The position numbers were made by a program, and so were the translations under genes. A stretch of DNA of 64,000 nucleotides, taken from a virus. Lineage: Duplodnaviria > Caudoviricetes. The DNA is taken from IMG/VR virus record IMGVR_UViG_3300029288_000007, positions 27,724 through 91,723 of that record; one strand, written 5' to 3'. Within the stretch, counting starts at the first letter, position 1. Each line of letters opens with the position of its first letter. Positions 55,009 to 64,000 of this stretch are shown here, piece by piece. A model generated the notes under the pieces. The model did no database searches. It was given only the letters and a program-made list of their open reading frames with translations, and was not told the DNA's origin.

Positions 55009-58000
55009 TATCGTTTACCTCCTCCCAATACATCTCTCATACCGCCCACATTACGCTCAAGGGCATCTAGAAAAACAGTTACTACATACTGTTGACCATC
55101 AAATTGGGCTCCCGTATTCTGAGTCGCTTGCACTGCAGTCCCAGACTGATTGACAATTTTAACTGTTACCGGTTGGCCTTTTGTTGAATCTTTTTCTTTT
55201 TCTGCATCTCTCTTTGATGTAACTTTTTCGCCTCTTTCCAAAATGGCTGGAAATTCACCGGCCCTTAATCCTTCATGTAATCTAGGAGCATTATAAAATA
55301 AAGCTTCTGGCACTCCTTGACCATAAGAACGAAAATCTCTTCCAACAACGCCGCCAAGATGAAAAGTTTGGGGAGTAATTTGAGGAGTTCCGCCACTAAA
55401 CATAGACACATTAGAAGCCGCCCCTGCATAAGATGGCGTTGTGCTTCCCGCACCACTGCCAAATAAAAATCCCATTATTGACGATCCTAAAGAACCGACT
55501 CCACTTTGTCCTCCTTGATTATTAAAAAGGGCATTTGCCAAAGTCGATAATTGCGCTTTAATCACCATATTTGTCAAATCTCGAATTACAGACTGCGCGA
55601 ACGAGGAAAAATCAGCCTTGCCATTCATACAGAAATCTGTTATAACATCTGCCATTCCATTAAAAGTAGTGGCTGTAAAATCATACATTTGCTTTCCGAT
55701 ATCATTGTAATCATTCGCAAGTTCATTTATCTTATATTTTACCGCTCCATAAGGGTCTGCCAACGCAATTTCTTTTTTAAGATTAAGCAATTCTTTTTCA
55801 TTTTCATTGACTACCTTCTGTTGAGAAATATACCCAGACAAATCTTTATTTTTGTCTGTCGTTTTTAAAATTTCCTTTTCTAAATCCAAACTTTGCTTTC
55901 GGAAATTCAATCTTTCTTGCAAAGTAGATAAATGAGAACGGCCTTCCATTTCCTCTTTATCAAGCAGAAAAATAGCATCATTGATTTCAGATTGCCTCAA
56001 AGTGGCCAATTCTTCTTTATTCTTTTTTTCTTGTTCTCTGTCATCTTTTTTAATGAGAGAAAGTTTTTTCTCTGCATTTATAATCGCTTCCTTTTGAGCT
56101 TTAATTGTTTTGTCGTCGATGGGAACATTTGCAGATTGTAAATAAGTCAAAAGTTCTTTTTCAAATGCAACTAAATCTTCAGCCGCAGTCAATCTGTCTC
56201 CAATTGTTTCTTTATGCAGAGTCCCTTCATTTTCGGCAAGGTCAAGTAAAGTTGTCCTTCTTTCAATTTCTCTTTCCCCTTCTTCCTTAATCAAAGCAAA
56301 GCGATTTTTATCTTCCTCCAGTTGAGCTTTTGCTATCATTTTTTCTTCTAGCAATATAGACTTGTTATATATCTCTGACCCGGGTTTTTCTCCTCCAATT
56401 TTCCCATATTCTTTGCGCAGGGAAGCTCCTTCTTTCTTTGCCTCTATAACGGCCTTCTGATATGCAGATTCCTCCGTTAAATCCAAAGTTGCCAATTTGG
56501 CATCGATATCAATCCTTTTCTTTTCCCATGATTCCCTCAATGATTTTATCCCAGAATCTTCATCTTCCGTGGTCTTTTTATCTTTTGGAAGCCAACTTGC
56601 ACCGGAGCCAGAACCTTTTTGATTGTCTTTTACAAAACGCAAAAGCTGTTCTGTTCCTTCTTCCTTCGAACCAACAGAAACAACTGTTTGGGTATATCGG
56701 TTCCCTTTATTCCCCTTTCTCATGTAAGCATCAGTCTCTGGCGTTGCCAATTGAAAACCCTGTTCTCTCATGGCAAGAGTCTGAACAGCCTTTTCTGATT
56801 CCATATATCTTTGACGATACTCTTCGTTTTTACCTGCCCACTTATCTCTCGTTTCCTTTTTAAACGATGTCAATAATTGAAGAGAAGTAAAAGTCCCTCC
56901 AATTTTGTCAAGCAACATTCCCAGTCTATAAACATCGGCAATAATAGAATTTATTCCTCTTTTGAATTTATCAATACCGGATAAAAATTCCGGATTCCAA
57001 TTGATTCTTTTTGTCTTTTCGTCAATTGTTACCATTGAATTTGCAAAACTTTGCATTTCATACTTTATCGCTTCAAATAAAGGTTCAAAGCCGCGTCCCA
57101 TGCCTTGGAGCATAATATCTTTTGTATTTGACCACAAACCGGCCCAAGTAGTTTGAGCGGCAACCCCAGCTGTCCGATAAGCATCAAGCTTTTGCATTAA
57201 AAAATCAAACAGACCTTGAGCATCCCCTTTAAATTTTCGGATATCTTCATTTCTTAATCCTAAAACTGTTGCAATTCTACTATTTCTTGGATTAATTGAT
57301 TCTGTCAATAAAGACCGGGTTTCTTCCCCCAATTGTTCCATCGGTAAACCAATCGCTCCTGCAGCTTGAACCATAGCAACAGTGAAGTCTTTGACTTGAG
57401 TACGGTCAAAACCTTTTGCAAGAGCAACCGGCAACGTTACTTGATAAGCATTTATCAATTGGTCTAAAGTAGCAATCGTTTTTAAATTTGCAAATTCGAG
57501 GTCTTTAATTATTGCAGCAGAATCTGCTTGAGAAGCCCGTAAAGCCTCCGAAGCATCAAGGGCCTTCCCTGTCAACTTATCGACATAAGTTCCTCCAGTC
57601 ATGTAAGCTGCCGCGATGCCCAGCGTAGCAGTTTCTATTTCGGACAAGTAACCAATTCCTGATTTTGCAACCTTAAAAGCGGCCCCCATAGCAATTGAAA
57701 GGGTTATCCACGTTCCAATCATCGAACCAACATTTTTATTTAAAATACCAACCTTTTTTGAAAGCATGTCTGTTTCGACAGAGGAAATACCCAAAGTTTT
57801 ATTTAACTTGTCGATTTCTGTTTTTGACATTCCAACAGAAGAAGCCAATCTTTGGGAAGCAGCCGACGCCGCGTCCATCCCTAATTTATTGACTGTCCGG
57901 GCCTCTAATTCTTTTATTTGGGTACTCGTAAGCTTTGAAGTCAAACCCAATTTTTCAAGGTCTGCTCTCAATTTGCTTACTGCTAATTGAGCATCTTCTG

Positions 58001-58028
58001 TAGAGACTTTTATTTTGATTCCAGGCAT
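55008..58028 (-). CDS. tape measure protein
   Basis: 1006 aa helical, lambda-type C-terminus DFSSFAQSVIRDL, FHLGG, AILERGE. Confidence 0.9.
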   Translation of the reverse strand: MPGIKIKVSTEDAQLAVSKLRADLEKLGLTSKLTSTQIKELEARTVNKLGMDAASAASQRLASSVGMSKTEIDKLNKTLGISSVETDMLSKKVGILNKNVGSMIGTWITLSIAMGAAFKVAKSGIGYLSEIETATLGIAAAYMTGGTYVDKLTGKALDASEALRASQADSAAIIKDLEFANLKTIATLDQLINAYQVTLPVALAKGFDRTQVKDFTVAMVQAAGAIGLPMEQLGEETRSLLTESINPRNSRIATVLGLRNEDIRKFKGDAQGLFDFLMQKLDAYRTAGVAAQTTWAGLWSNTKDIMLQGMGRGFEPLFEAIKYEMQSFANSMVTIDEKTKRINWNPEFLSGIDKFKRGINSIIADVYRLGMLLDKIGGTFTSLQLLTSFKKETRDKWAGKNEEYRQRYMESEKAVQTLAMREQGFQLATPETDAYMRKGNKGNRYTQTVVSVGSKEEGTEQLLRFVKDNQKGSGSGASWLPKDKKTTEDEDSGIKSLRESWEKKRIDIDAKLATLDLTEESAYQKAVIEAKKEGASLRKEYGKIGGEKPGSEIYNKSILLEEKMIAKAQLEEDKNRFALIKEEGEREIERRTTLLDLAENEGTLHKETIGDRLTAAEDLVAFEKELLTYLQSANVPIDDKTIKAQKEAIINAEKKLSLIKKDDREQEKKNKEELATLRQSEINDAIFLLDKEEMEGRSHLSTLQERLNFRKQSLDLEKEILKTTDKNKDLSGYISQQKVVNENEKELLNLKKEIALADPYGAVKYKINELANDYNDIGKQMYDFTATTFNGMADVITDFCMNGKADFSSFAQSVIRDLTNMVIKAQLSTLANALFNNQGGQSGVGSLGSSIMGFLFGSGAGSTTPSYAGAASNVSMFSGGTPQITPQTFHLGGVVGRDFRSYGQGVPEALFYNAPRLHEGLRAGEFPAILERGEKVTSKRDAEKEKDSTKGQPVTVKIVNQSGTAVQATQNTGAQFDGQQYVVTVFLDALERNVGGMRDVLGGGKR

Positions 58029-58036
58029 TTGTTTTC

Positions 58037-58375
58037 CTATTCCTTTTCTTTAAGTTTTGCCATCTCTGGGTAAAAAACATTCTCCAAGTATATTGCCTTT
58101 TCAAAATCTTCCAAAGTCAAATCGTATAATTCGCACATTTGAGCAAAAACAGCTCTTGGTATTTTGCCCGGGCCAAAACCATGATTTGGCCTGTCACTTT
58201 CATTTAACTGATGCCAAAGTTCCCATGCTGAATAATTTTCCGGCATAACCTTCGGCATTTCACAACCCTCCTCAGTTTCACAAGGAGGTTTTTCTTTTTT
58301 ATAAGCCCTGCGACAACCTTCGCAATCCGCAATTTTCGGATTTACGTTCCAGATTGCGCAGGCTTCAAGTTTTTT
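58037..58375 (-). CDS. tail assembly chaperone -1 frameshift extension (gpGT-like)
   Basis: -1 frame is open from A AAA AAC (58375-58369) into ORF 58037..58258. Confidence 0.85.
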   Translation of the reverse strand, partial: KKLEACAIWNVNPKIADCEGCRRAYKKEKPPCETEEGCEMPKVMPENYSAWELWHQLNESDRPNHGFGPGKIPRAVFAQMCELYDLTLEDFEKAIYLENVFYPEMAKLKEKE

Positions 58376-58746
58376 AATTCGTCCTCAGCTTTCTTTTGAA
58401 GAAAAGAAGATAATTTTTCAGTTTCTTCAAGAACCTTATCGATAAATTCAGGATTGTTTAAATAAACATTTTCCAAATTCTTCTCATTGAATTCCAGGGA
58501 ATTGCCGTCTTCGTCTTCGACGCCTTCCCACCCAAGAATAATTTCTTTAATTTTGAGTATTTTGTATTTGAAAAAATCAACATCGACAAAGCGCTGTCCT
58601 TTTTCCCACTCTGTTTCGGTTGCTCTTTTCATCAAATTGTTAATTTCCTTTGGCGTCAAAGGATTAACAAAAAATTTTGCCGTCTCGTCTGCAGTTGCTC
58701 CCTGAATGGTAATCCAAATTTTATTTCTTTTTGTTTTCAGTTTCAT
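58342..58746 (-). CDS. tail assembly chaperone (gpG-like)
   Basis: ILGWEGVEDEDG...LKN; GGAGG SD before ATG 58746. Confidence 0.85.
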   Translation of the reverse strand: MKLKTKRNKIWITIQGATADETAKFFVNPLTPKEINNLMKRATETEWEKGQRFVDVDFFKYKILKIKEIILGWEGVEDEDGNSLEFNEKNLENVYLNNPEFIDKVLEETEKLSSFLQKKAEDELKNLKPAQSGT

Positions 58747-58784
58747 TTCAATTCCTCCCGGTTTGATTCCCGGATTATTTTTCA

Positions 58785-58846
58785 CCGAGGCGAGACATGA
58801 TGCCGGGATTCATCATTAAAACCAGAAATCTGGTCTCCCGCCTCGG
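58785..58846 (-). promoter_or_regulatory. branched RNA structure between tail tube and chaperone genes
   Basis: CCGAGGCG/CGCCTCGG outer stem enclosing two hairpins. Confidence 0.5.
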
Positions 58847-58857
58847 CAAATTTTATT

Positions 58858-60252
58858 TTAACGAATAACTATTTCACAACTATCTTCGCCGACTGTACCA
58901 AGGGCCTTCATGGGAATTGTCAACTCGACCGCTGGCGCCGCCAATTCGATAGTCGGAACAGCAAGCTGACATTTCTTCATATAAACATCCACAATTGAAC
59001 CTGCCGTGTCTCCGAACGTGAAGAGGACAGTGGCTTCATTTCCTTCAATGCCATCCGCGAAATATTTGGCGTCAGCCTTCCGGAAATAAACCTTGATATC
59101 CGACGTAATTTCCCTCTTATCTTCAAGGAAATCTTCCGGATAATCAGTTCCAATTTCATCGGTTATGAATTTTTTGGGAACGGCAAATTTTAAAGAACCT
59201 GTTTTAATTGAACCTGAAACGCCGTCAATTTGGACGGTTGTATCTTTGGATTCAATGGCGTCGCCAATAACTGTTGCGTCCGCAGGCAGATATCCTCGAA
59301 TAGTATCTCCTGTCGCGCCTGTACAGCCAAGCGCCCGGCTCAATGTAATTGTATTCGCCGTTAAATCGACCGAAGATATGGCAGAATAAGAAGCGGCTGT
59401 TCCTGCATCATGCTTTGTTTGATTGTAAATATAAGCACCGGCAGAAAACAGACTGGCATCCGCAACATGAAGGTGGGTATTGGTCGCCAAACTGTTTGAT
59501 GTTAATGTTGAAGAACCAGCGAAAACCATTTTCATACCCTCTCCGCTGAAAACCAATTTGACTGCGCCTTCATTCGAAACATCAATTGAAAGTTCTTGAA
59601 CCGCCGCGCCTTGTATTCCCTGAACAAAATGGTCTGTTTCCAACCATATTGACAAAGACGGAGTTTCGGTTTCCTGTTTGTAAAAAATACAAGATATTGT
59701 TGCTGTCGAACCAGATGCCTTTGTTGCGGCTGTCGAGGATTTGTATCCCCTTGTACAACCCGTCAAAGTTGCGGTTGTGGAACTTCTCAAAACCCGGGTT
59801 ATGCCAGTGTAATGAATATATTCTCCGCCAACAATGATAACTCCTTTTTCAGGAAGAACACCACCTGCAATCGTTGATACTTTCACAGAGCTTGTAGTCG
59901 TTGCCAATGCTGCACTCAAAACCATTGTGATTGTCGCAATACTCGAGCCTTGCAATGATTTTAACAGCGCGTGTCCTTGCGGTTTATTCATTAATGTTCC
60001 AGAGGGTCTTAAATACATTGGGATTGACCATTTTGCCGGGGGCATGGCATTCTGGAACTGGTCAAGAACATCCAAACTATTTTGAATTTCATCGGAGTCA
60101 ACAAATGCAGGATTTTGATTAATACTCGCATTTCCAGCTGGACGAATAAAATCAGTGGTTCCTACCGGAAACTCCAATGTCCCAAAAGTTGTTTCAACTA
60201 AAGCAAAGAGCCTTTGCTTCCTCGCTAATCCGACATTTGCATTTACTGACAT
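58858..60252 (-). CDS. major tail tube protein with inserted domains
   Basis: ALVETTFGT N-terminus, synteny, AGGAGG SD; two Ser/Thr-rich insertions. Confidence 0.82.
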   Translation of the reverse strand: MSVNANVGLARKQRLFALVETTFGTLEFPVGTTDFIRPAGNASINQNPAFVDSDEIQNSLDVLDQFQNAMPPAKWSIPMYLRPSGTLMNKPQGHALLKSLQGSSIATITMVLSAALATTTSSVKVSTIAGGVLPEKGVIIVGGEYIHYTGITRVLRSSTTATLTGCTRGYKSSTAATKASGSTATISCIFYKQETETPSLSIWLETDHFVQGIQGAAVQELSIDVSNEGAVKLVFSGEGMKMVFAGSSTLTSNSLATNTHLHVADASLFSAGAYIYNQTKHDAGTAASYSAISSVDLTANTITLSRALGCTGATGDTIRGYLPADATVIGDAIESKDTTVQIDGVSGSIKTGSLKFAVPKKFITDEIGTDYPEDFLEDKREITSDIKVYFRKADAKYFADGIEGNEATVLFTFGDTAGSIVDVYMKKCQLAVPTIELAAPAVELTIPMKALGTVGEDSCEIVIR

Positions 60253-60285
60253 AATAAATATCCTCCTTTGAATATTCTTAAAATT

Positions 60286-60684
60286 TTATGATTCTCCAAC
60301 CCATGCTGTAAAATCAACAGACATATTTGCGCCATAATAACCATTTTCGTCCAACCCGATTATGTTGGTGCTGGGTTCATTAAAAACAATATTTGAAATT
60401 TCTTTTCTTCTGAACATCCTCTCAAGCCGGGCCGCATAGTTTAATAAAGAAATTGTTCCTTTGCCGGCCAAGTCAAATATCGATACAATTAACACCCCTG
60501 TTCTCATGCCTAGTCCATCTTCTCCTAATTCTCCCACTAAGGTGTCCCCCATTTTTATCGTTGGTCTTATCCAAACCTGTTGGGGAGAAACGAAAGGTTG
60601 ATTTGGCCAACATATCGGAGTTGCCGTAGCCCATGAAGCCATTATAGAAGAAGAAATCTCAGCTCTTATCTCGTTTGGTGTCAT
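60286..60684 (-). CDS. tail terminator protein
   Basis: WPNQPF..WIRPTI..G.L.V.IF...G.G. Confidence 0.8.
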   Translation of the reverse strand: MTPNEIRAEISSSIMASWATATPICWPNQPFVSPQQVWIRPTIKMGDTLVGELGEDGLGMRTGVLIVSIFDLAGKGTISLLNYAARLERMFRRKEISNIVFNEPSTNIIGLDENGYYGANMSVDFTAWVGES

Positions 60685-60685
60685 T

Positions 60686-61177
60686 TTATCCCTCTATATC
60701 AAAAGGATTAATATCCTTAATTGCCATTACATCAAGTTGCAAATACGCTCCAATTTCCATTAAAGCCATCATATAAATTCCCAATGGAGCTTGAGAACTC
60801 CATCCTTGCTCAAGTCTTTCTGCATAAGGCAAATTGTTATAAAGCCAAATATTGCCGTCTCCCAATTTCCAAGACCAAGCAACTTTTTCTTTAGATAACG
60901 GATTTATGCATTTGCCATCTTTATCTTTTTTTGCATTGATGTTCTTTTTAATTCCAACAGTATCCCCGGGGTCAAAGTTGGCAATCCCATGACTTGCTCT
61001 GTAAGCGCCTGTGTCCACAGGAGAACGTTTTATAATATTTGCATAAACCCTCAGAATTGACGCGCGAATAATTTTACTAACATCTCCATTAAGGGCCTCC
61101 GCAGCTTCTTTTAATTGAGAAGAAAACTCATTTGCTGATGTCGTCAATTCTGAATATAATTCTGCAGAATTCATCAA
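60686..61177 (-). CDS. HK97-gp10-like neck protein
   Basis: SPVDTGAYRAS, NNLPYAERLEQGWSSQAP. Confidence 0.88.
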   Translation of the reverse strand: MMNSAELYSELTTSANEFSSQLKEAAEALNGDVSKIIRASILRVYANIIKRSPVDTGAYRASHGIANFDPGDTVGIKKNINAKKDKDGKCINPLSKEKVAWSWKLGDGNIWLYNNLPYAERLEQGWSSQAPLGIYMMALMEIGAYLQLDVMAIKDINPFDIEG

Positions 61178-61350
61178 ATATTATCCTTTATTTTTCTATC
61201 AATTTTTTTTGCAGTTGCCGCTTCTCTTTTTTCTTCCTTTAAAGCTGCATTCTCAAGTGTTAATTCAGAAATTTTATCCTCATTGGTACGGATAATTTTT
61301 TTGAGATCTTCAATTTCCTTAATCAACGCAAGCTCTCTTGTTCTAGCCAT
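61174..61350 (-). CDS. small coiled-coil protein (58 aa, not in ORF track)
   Basis: GGAGG SD, MARTRELALIKEIEDLKK. Confidence 0.6.
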   Translation of the reverse strand: MARTRELALIKEIEDLKKIIRTNEDKISELTLENAALKEEKREAATAKKIDRKIKDNI

Positions 61351-61362
61351 TTTTTATTCCTC

Positions 61363-61719
61363 CTATTTCATATCAATGGTGAACAGAATTGCTGTTCCTC
61401 CAGGTTTTAACGGAACTATCTTTGCCGGTTTCCATATTGTCGATCCGTAAACTATTCTGAAATCAAGCTCCGATAAGGATGCCGGCAAACCATCCGGAGA
61501 AACGAGAAGTCTTACCCTATCAGATTTCCCATATTCCCCCTCATCATTTTGAACCGTTGGATTTGAAATAACAGCCTTTATATCGTATGTGGCAACAGTC
61601 GCAGCGAAAGAATCCAAAGTTCCATTATAAGCACCATTGGTCGTAATCTCTAAAAGCATATCGACGCCGTATTTATCAATATTTTTCTTGGCAGAATTTA
61701 CTTGTCTTGTGTAATCCAT
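61363..61719 (-). CDS. head closure protein
   Basis: IDKYG..., PLKPGG; synteny. Confidence 0.75.
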   Translation of the reverse strand: MDYTRQVNSAKKNIDKYGVDMLLEITTNGAYNGTLDSFAATVATYDIKAVISNPTVQNDEGEYGKSDRVRLLVSPDGLPASLSELDFRIVYGSTIWKPAKIVPLKPGGTAILFTIDMK

Positions 61720-62255
61720 TACGTCCTCAAAATATTAGCAAAACCTTGGGATGAACCATTCGCATTTGTTATCAAATCTTTTATAAAACCCTCAATTGTC
61801 CGATAAATCGTTTTTGAAGAACCTTTTTCGAAGTATTCTGTTTCTATCACATCAATCTTCTCTCTTTTTACGTTTGTGGTTTCGTTTGCCTGTAATACAC
61901 CGGGAGACATCGCCTCTTCATAAGCTGCGCGACAACAAGCATTTTTTAAGGCCCGGGGAATTTCCTGATAATATTCTTCGTCTTCTGGCTCCAAATTAAT
62001 TTCATCATATACTCCAACCCGGGGCCATTGCATAGGAGAATCGTAAGAATATTTTGCTCCTTTGAAATGATATTCAGCATCAACAAACGCGCAAGCGCGA
62101 ATAATCGCTGTAATTTTGTCAGAATTATCAAAATTCTCCCAATCCGATAATCCATGATTCGCACAAAACTGATTTGCTTCTGCTACCGTAATATAACTAT
62201 TGGCTGAATATGACGAAGCAGTTCCATCTTCTATTATTAATGTTGCCGTAGCCAT
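61719..62255 (-). CDS. head-tail adaptor
   Basis: IIEDGT..ANSY.TVAEA, WPR, IPRALKNAC, REKIDVIETEY. Confidence 0.85.
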   Translation of the reverse strand: MATATLIIEDGTASSYSANSYITVAEANQFCANHGLSDWENFDNSDKITAIIRACAFVDAEYHFKGAKYSYDSPMQWPRVGVYDEINLEPEDEEYYQEIPRALKNACCRAAYEEAMSPGVLQANETTNVKREKIDVIETEYFEKGSSKTIYRTIEGFIKDLITNANGSSQGFANILRT

Positions 62256-62264
62256 ATGAGCCTC

Positions 62265-62561
62265 CTATTTCTCTTCCACTGGCAAAGTAACATCCTGTTC
62301 AAACTTCTCTCCAATGCTGGTTGTTATTTGACATGTTATTTTATAGTCTTGACCAGTCTGACCTCCGCGCACCCAAATATAAACATTTGGGGAAGTAACA
62401 GTTTGTTTAGAGGTATCAATTAAATTTGTCGTAACCGTTGCCAAAGAACTATCATAGGCAACAACTGTGGCCGAAGCTACGGTTGCAGAACCAATCACAT
62501 TTGTAAAATCAATGGCCACATAATACTCTTCGAATGGTTGTTTTGAACTAAATTTTGCCAT
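62265..62561 (-). CDS. fibre/neck adaptor-like virion protein
   Basis: KQP.E...IDF...WVRGG..G..Y.ITC. Confidence 0.7.
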   Translation of the reverse strand: MAKFSSKQPFEEYYVAIDFTNVIGSATVASATVVAYDSSLATVTTNLIDTSKQTVTSPNVYIWVRGGQTGQDYKITCQITTSIGEKFEQDVTLPVEEK

Positions 62562-62579
62562 TGCTCTTCTCTCCTTTTA

Positions 62580-62762
62580 TTAAATTGATGTCGTTCTGCT
62601 AGACACCGTCATGCTTTTTGTTCTTGCATTTACCAAAGAACTTTTTGTTCTGCTACTCACCGAAATTGTTTCTTGCGGATCTATTGTTTCTAACTGAAAA
62701 ACCTGCCAGAAACGAACCGGCCAAAATGGATAATCTATTGGAAAAAATCCTGTTGCAAACAT
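62580..62762 (-). CDS. hypothetical protein
   Basis: Aromatic N-terminus, VSSRT repeats. Confidence 0.55.
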   Translation of the reverse strand: MFATGFFPIDYPFWPVRFWQVFQLETIDPQETISVSSRTKSSLVNARTKSMTVSSRTTSI

Positions 62763-62763
62763 T

Positions 62764-63408
62764 TTAAGTCAAGTCCAAAGTAATTGATGAGCGATTTCCG
62801 CCAACATCTACAGTAGCGGTCACTCTGGTTTTATTTCCATCCAAACTCTTAAATTTGATTTCCGTCGTTCCTCCGCCTGTTGATATCCCTCCCAAAACTC
62901 CAAACAACAATCTCAAAGCGTGACGCAATCCATAAGCATCTTCGGCAACTTCATCCAGTACCGCATCGGCAATTTTTGTCAATGTCAAACTCGCCAAACT
63001 TGCCGATAATGAAGAATCAACGCCATCAACAACGGTCTTGATTGCGGCAACGCTTGCTTTGGTTGAACAATTATCAACAACGGTCTTGATTGCGGCAACG
63101 CTTGCTACAGATGCCGCCAAATCAACGTTCGACCATGTTATTGGTATAATCGCAATTCCCGTCGTTGGAGTAGAGCCTCCAATGGTATTAAAATAACAAT
63201 TGTTATCGCTAGTTGCTACCGTCGCGCAATAAACTCCTTTTAAATTTGTTGCATCAACTTCAACAAAATCAGCAGTCGAGGGAGTATATTCCACCCCGTC
63301 GGCAATTCCTTTCAATATTATTTTTGCTGCCTCGCCTGTTTTCCCGCATTGATTTGTTGTATCCCAAGCGACAACAGGAACTTTTACTGATGTATTTTTT
63401 ATTGGCAT
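62764..63408 (-). CDS. virion (whisker/collar-like) protein
   Basis: IADAVLDE, RVTATVD..GNR; 34-bp internal repeat at 63025 and 63073. Confidence 0.65.
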   Translation of the reverse strand: MPIKNTSVKVPVVAWDTTNQCGKTGEAAKIILKGIADGVEYTPSTADFVEVDATNLKGVYCATVATSDNNCYFNTIGGSTPTTGIAIIPITWSNVDLAASVASVAAIKTVVDNCSTKASVAAIKTVVDGVDSSLSASLASLTLTKIADAVLDEVAEDAYGLRHALRLLFGVLGGISTGGGTTEIKFKSLDGNKTRVTATVDVGGNRSSITLDLT

Positions 63409-64000
63409 TATATAATCCTCCCAACAAATAAACCAAATGGAGTTTTCACCTCTGATGCAGGGGCATTTAATAAATAACGAATAATTACTATTCCAGAACC
63501 GCCATTTCCACCAACTCCACTCGCTCCACCGCCACCACCGCCTCCTGTATTTGTTGCACCATTTTCTCCAGCGGCAGTCAGACTCCCGTCACCACCGCCA
63601 CCATTGCCTCCTGTTCCACCGCCAGATGGAGTCCATCCATCATAACCACCTGCTCCGCCGCCACCAGAATAATAATTGCCGGAATCAGCAGGCCACTCTA
63701 TGCCGTCTCCGCCATTTCCACGATTACCACCAGAAATACCGTCTCCACCAACTCCACTCGCTCCACCGCCACCACCAGACCTACCAGCCGTACTTGTTCC
63801 TCCAGCGTCTCCACCATCATATCCTTGGCCAGCACTTCCAGCTCCGCCTTGAGTAGGGGAATATACCTGAGCACCACCGCCAGAACCACCAGCGTCACCG
63901 GCGTCATTTCCGGAAGTACTACCACCACCGCCTCCGCCGCCAGTTGATTCGACCTCTTGTGCTCCGCCATCATCTAATGCAGAATTTCCACCTTTACCGC
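63408..64000 (-). CDS. glycine-rich domain virion protein (5' truncated by window; not in ORF track)
   Basis: Open frame 63998-63408: GGGGG runs ending GGNGGSGIVIIRY; TAATG coupling to next gene. Confidence 0.85.
   Translation of the reverse strand, partial: GKGGNSALDDGGAQEVESTGGGGGGGSTSGNDAGDAGGSGGGAQVYSPTQGGAGSAGQGYDGGDAGGTSTAGRSGGGGGASGVGGDGISGGNRGNGGDGIEWPADSGNYYSGGGGAGGYDGWTPSGGGTGGNGGGGDGSLTAAGENGATNTGGGGGGGASGVGGNGGSGIVIIRYLLNAPASEVKTPFGLFVGRII

Noticed and set aside
61719-62255. DnaT-like ssDNA-binding annotation often given to this family
   Set aside because: Synteny with head closure, neck and terminator genes indicates a head-tail adaptor
177-63856. All plus-strand ORFs in the track
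   Set aside because: Antisense shadows of minus-strand genes with no recognisable motifs or consistent SD sites
63698-63973. 91-aa Val-rich minus-strand ORF
   Set aside because: Alternate frame of the real glycine-rich gene
1-64000. Alternative genetic code or inteins/introns in core genes
   Set aside because: Core genes are full length in the standard bacterial code, all three stops are used, and no intein or intron signatures were seen

Overview
A 64-kb segment of a tailed dsDNA bacteriophage with siphovirus-type tail genes; a two-component spanin implies a Gram-negative host. Essentially every real gene is on the minus strand. In transcription order (right to left): (i) 64.0-42.8 kb, late virion module (neck, tail tube, frameshifting tail chaperone, tape measure, lambda M/L/K/I-J-like tip, fibre) and lysis cassette; (ii) 42.8-38.4 kb, a non-coding control region (terminator, A/T-tract array, promoter, boxA, structured leaders), small early genes and two tRNA-like RNAs without a usable anticodon; (iii) 38.4-10 kb, a replication/recombination module (SF2 helicase, primase, initiator with internal repeats, DnaB-like helicase, clamp, DnaE fused to a family-4 UDG domain, clamp loader, SSB, RecA, FEN, split SbcC plus SbcD, phosphatase, NADAR, DEDDh exonuclease); (iv) 10-0 kb, small genes and terS/terL, detached from portal/capsid genes, which are not in the window. 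The stand-out feature is a ~7-kb cassette (25.0-31.9 kb) between helicase and clamp/polymerase. It encodes three paralogous SPL-like radical SAM enzymes, a fold-type II PLP enzyme and a DUF2156/MprF-C-like putative aminoacyl-tRNA-dependent transferase. It is a candidate DNA hypermodification pathway with no visible 5hmU kinase or amino acid:DNA transferase. All family calls are by-eye motif recognition; no searches were run.
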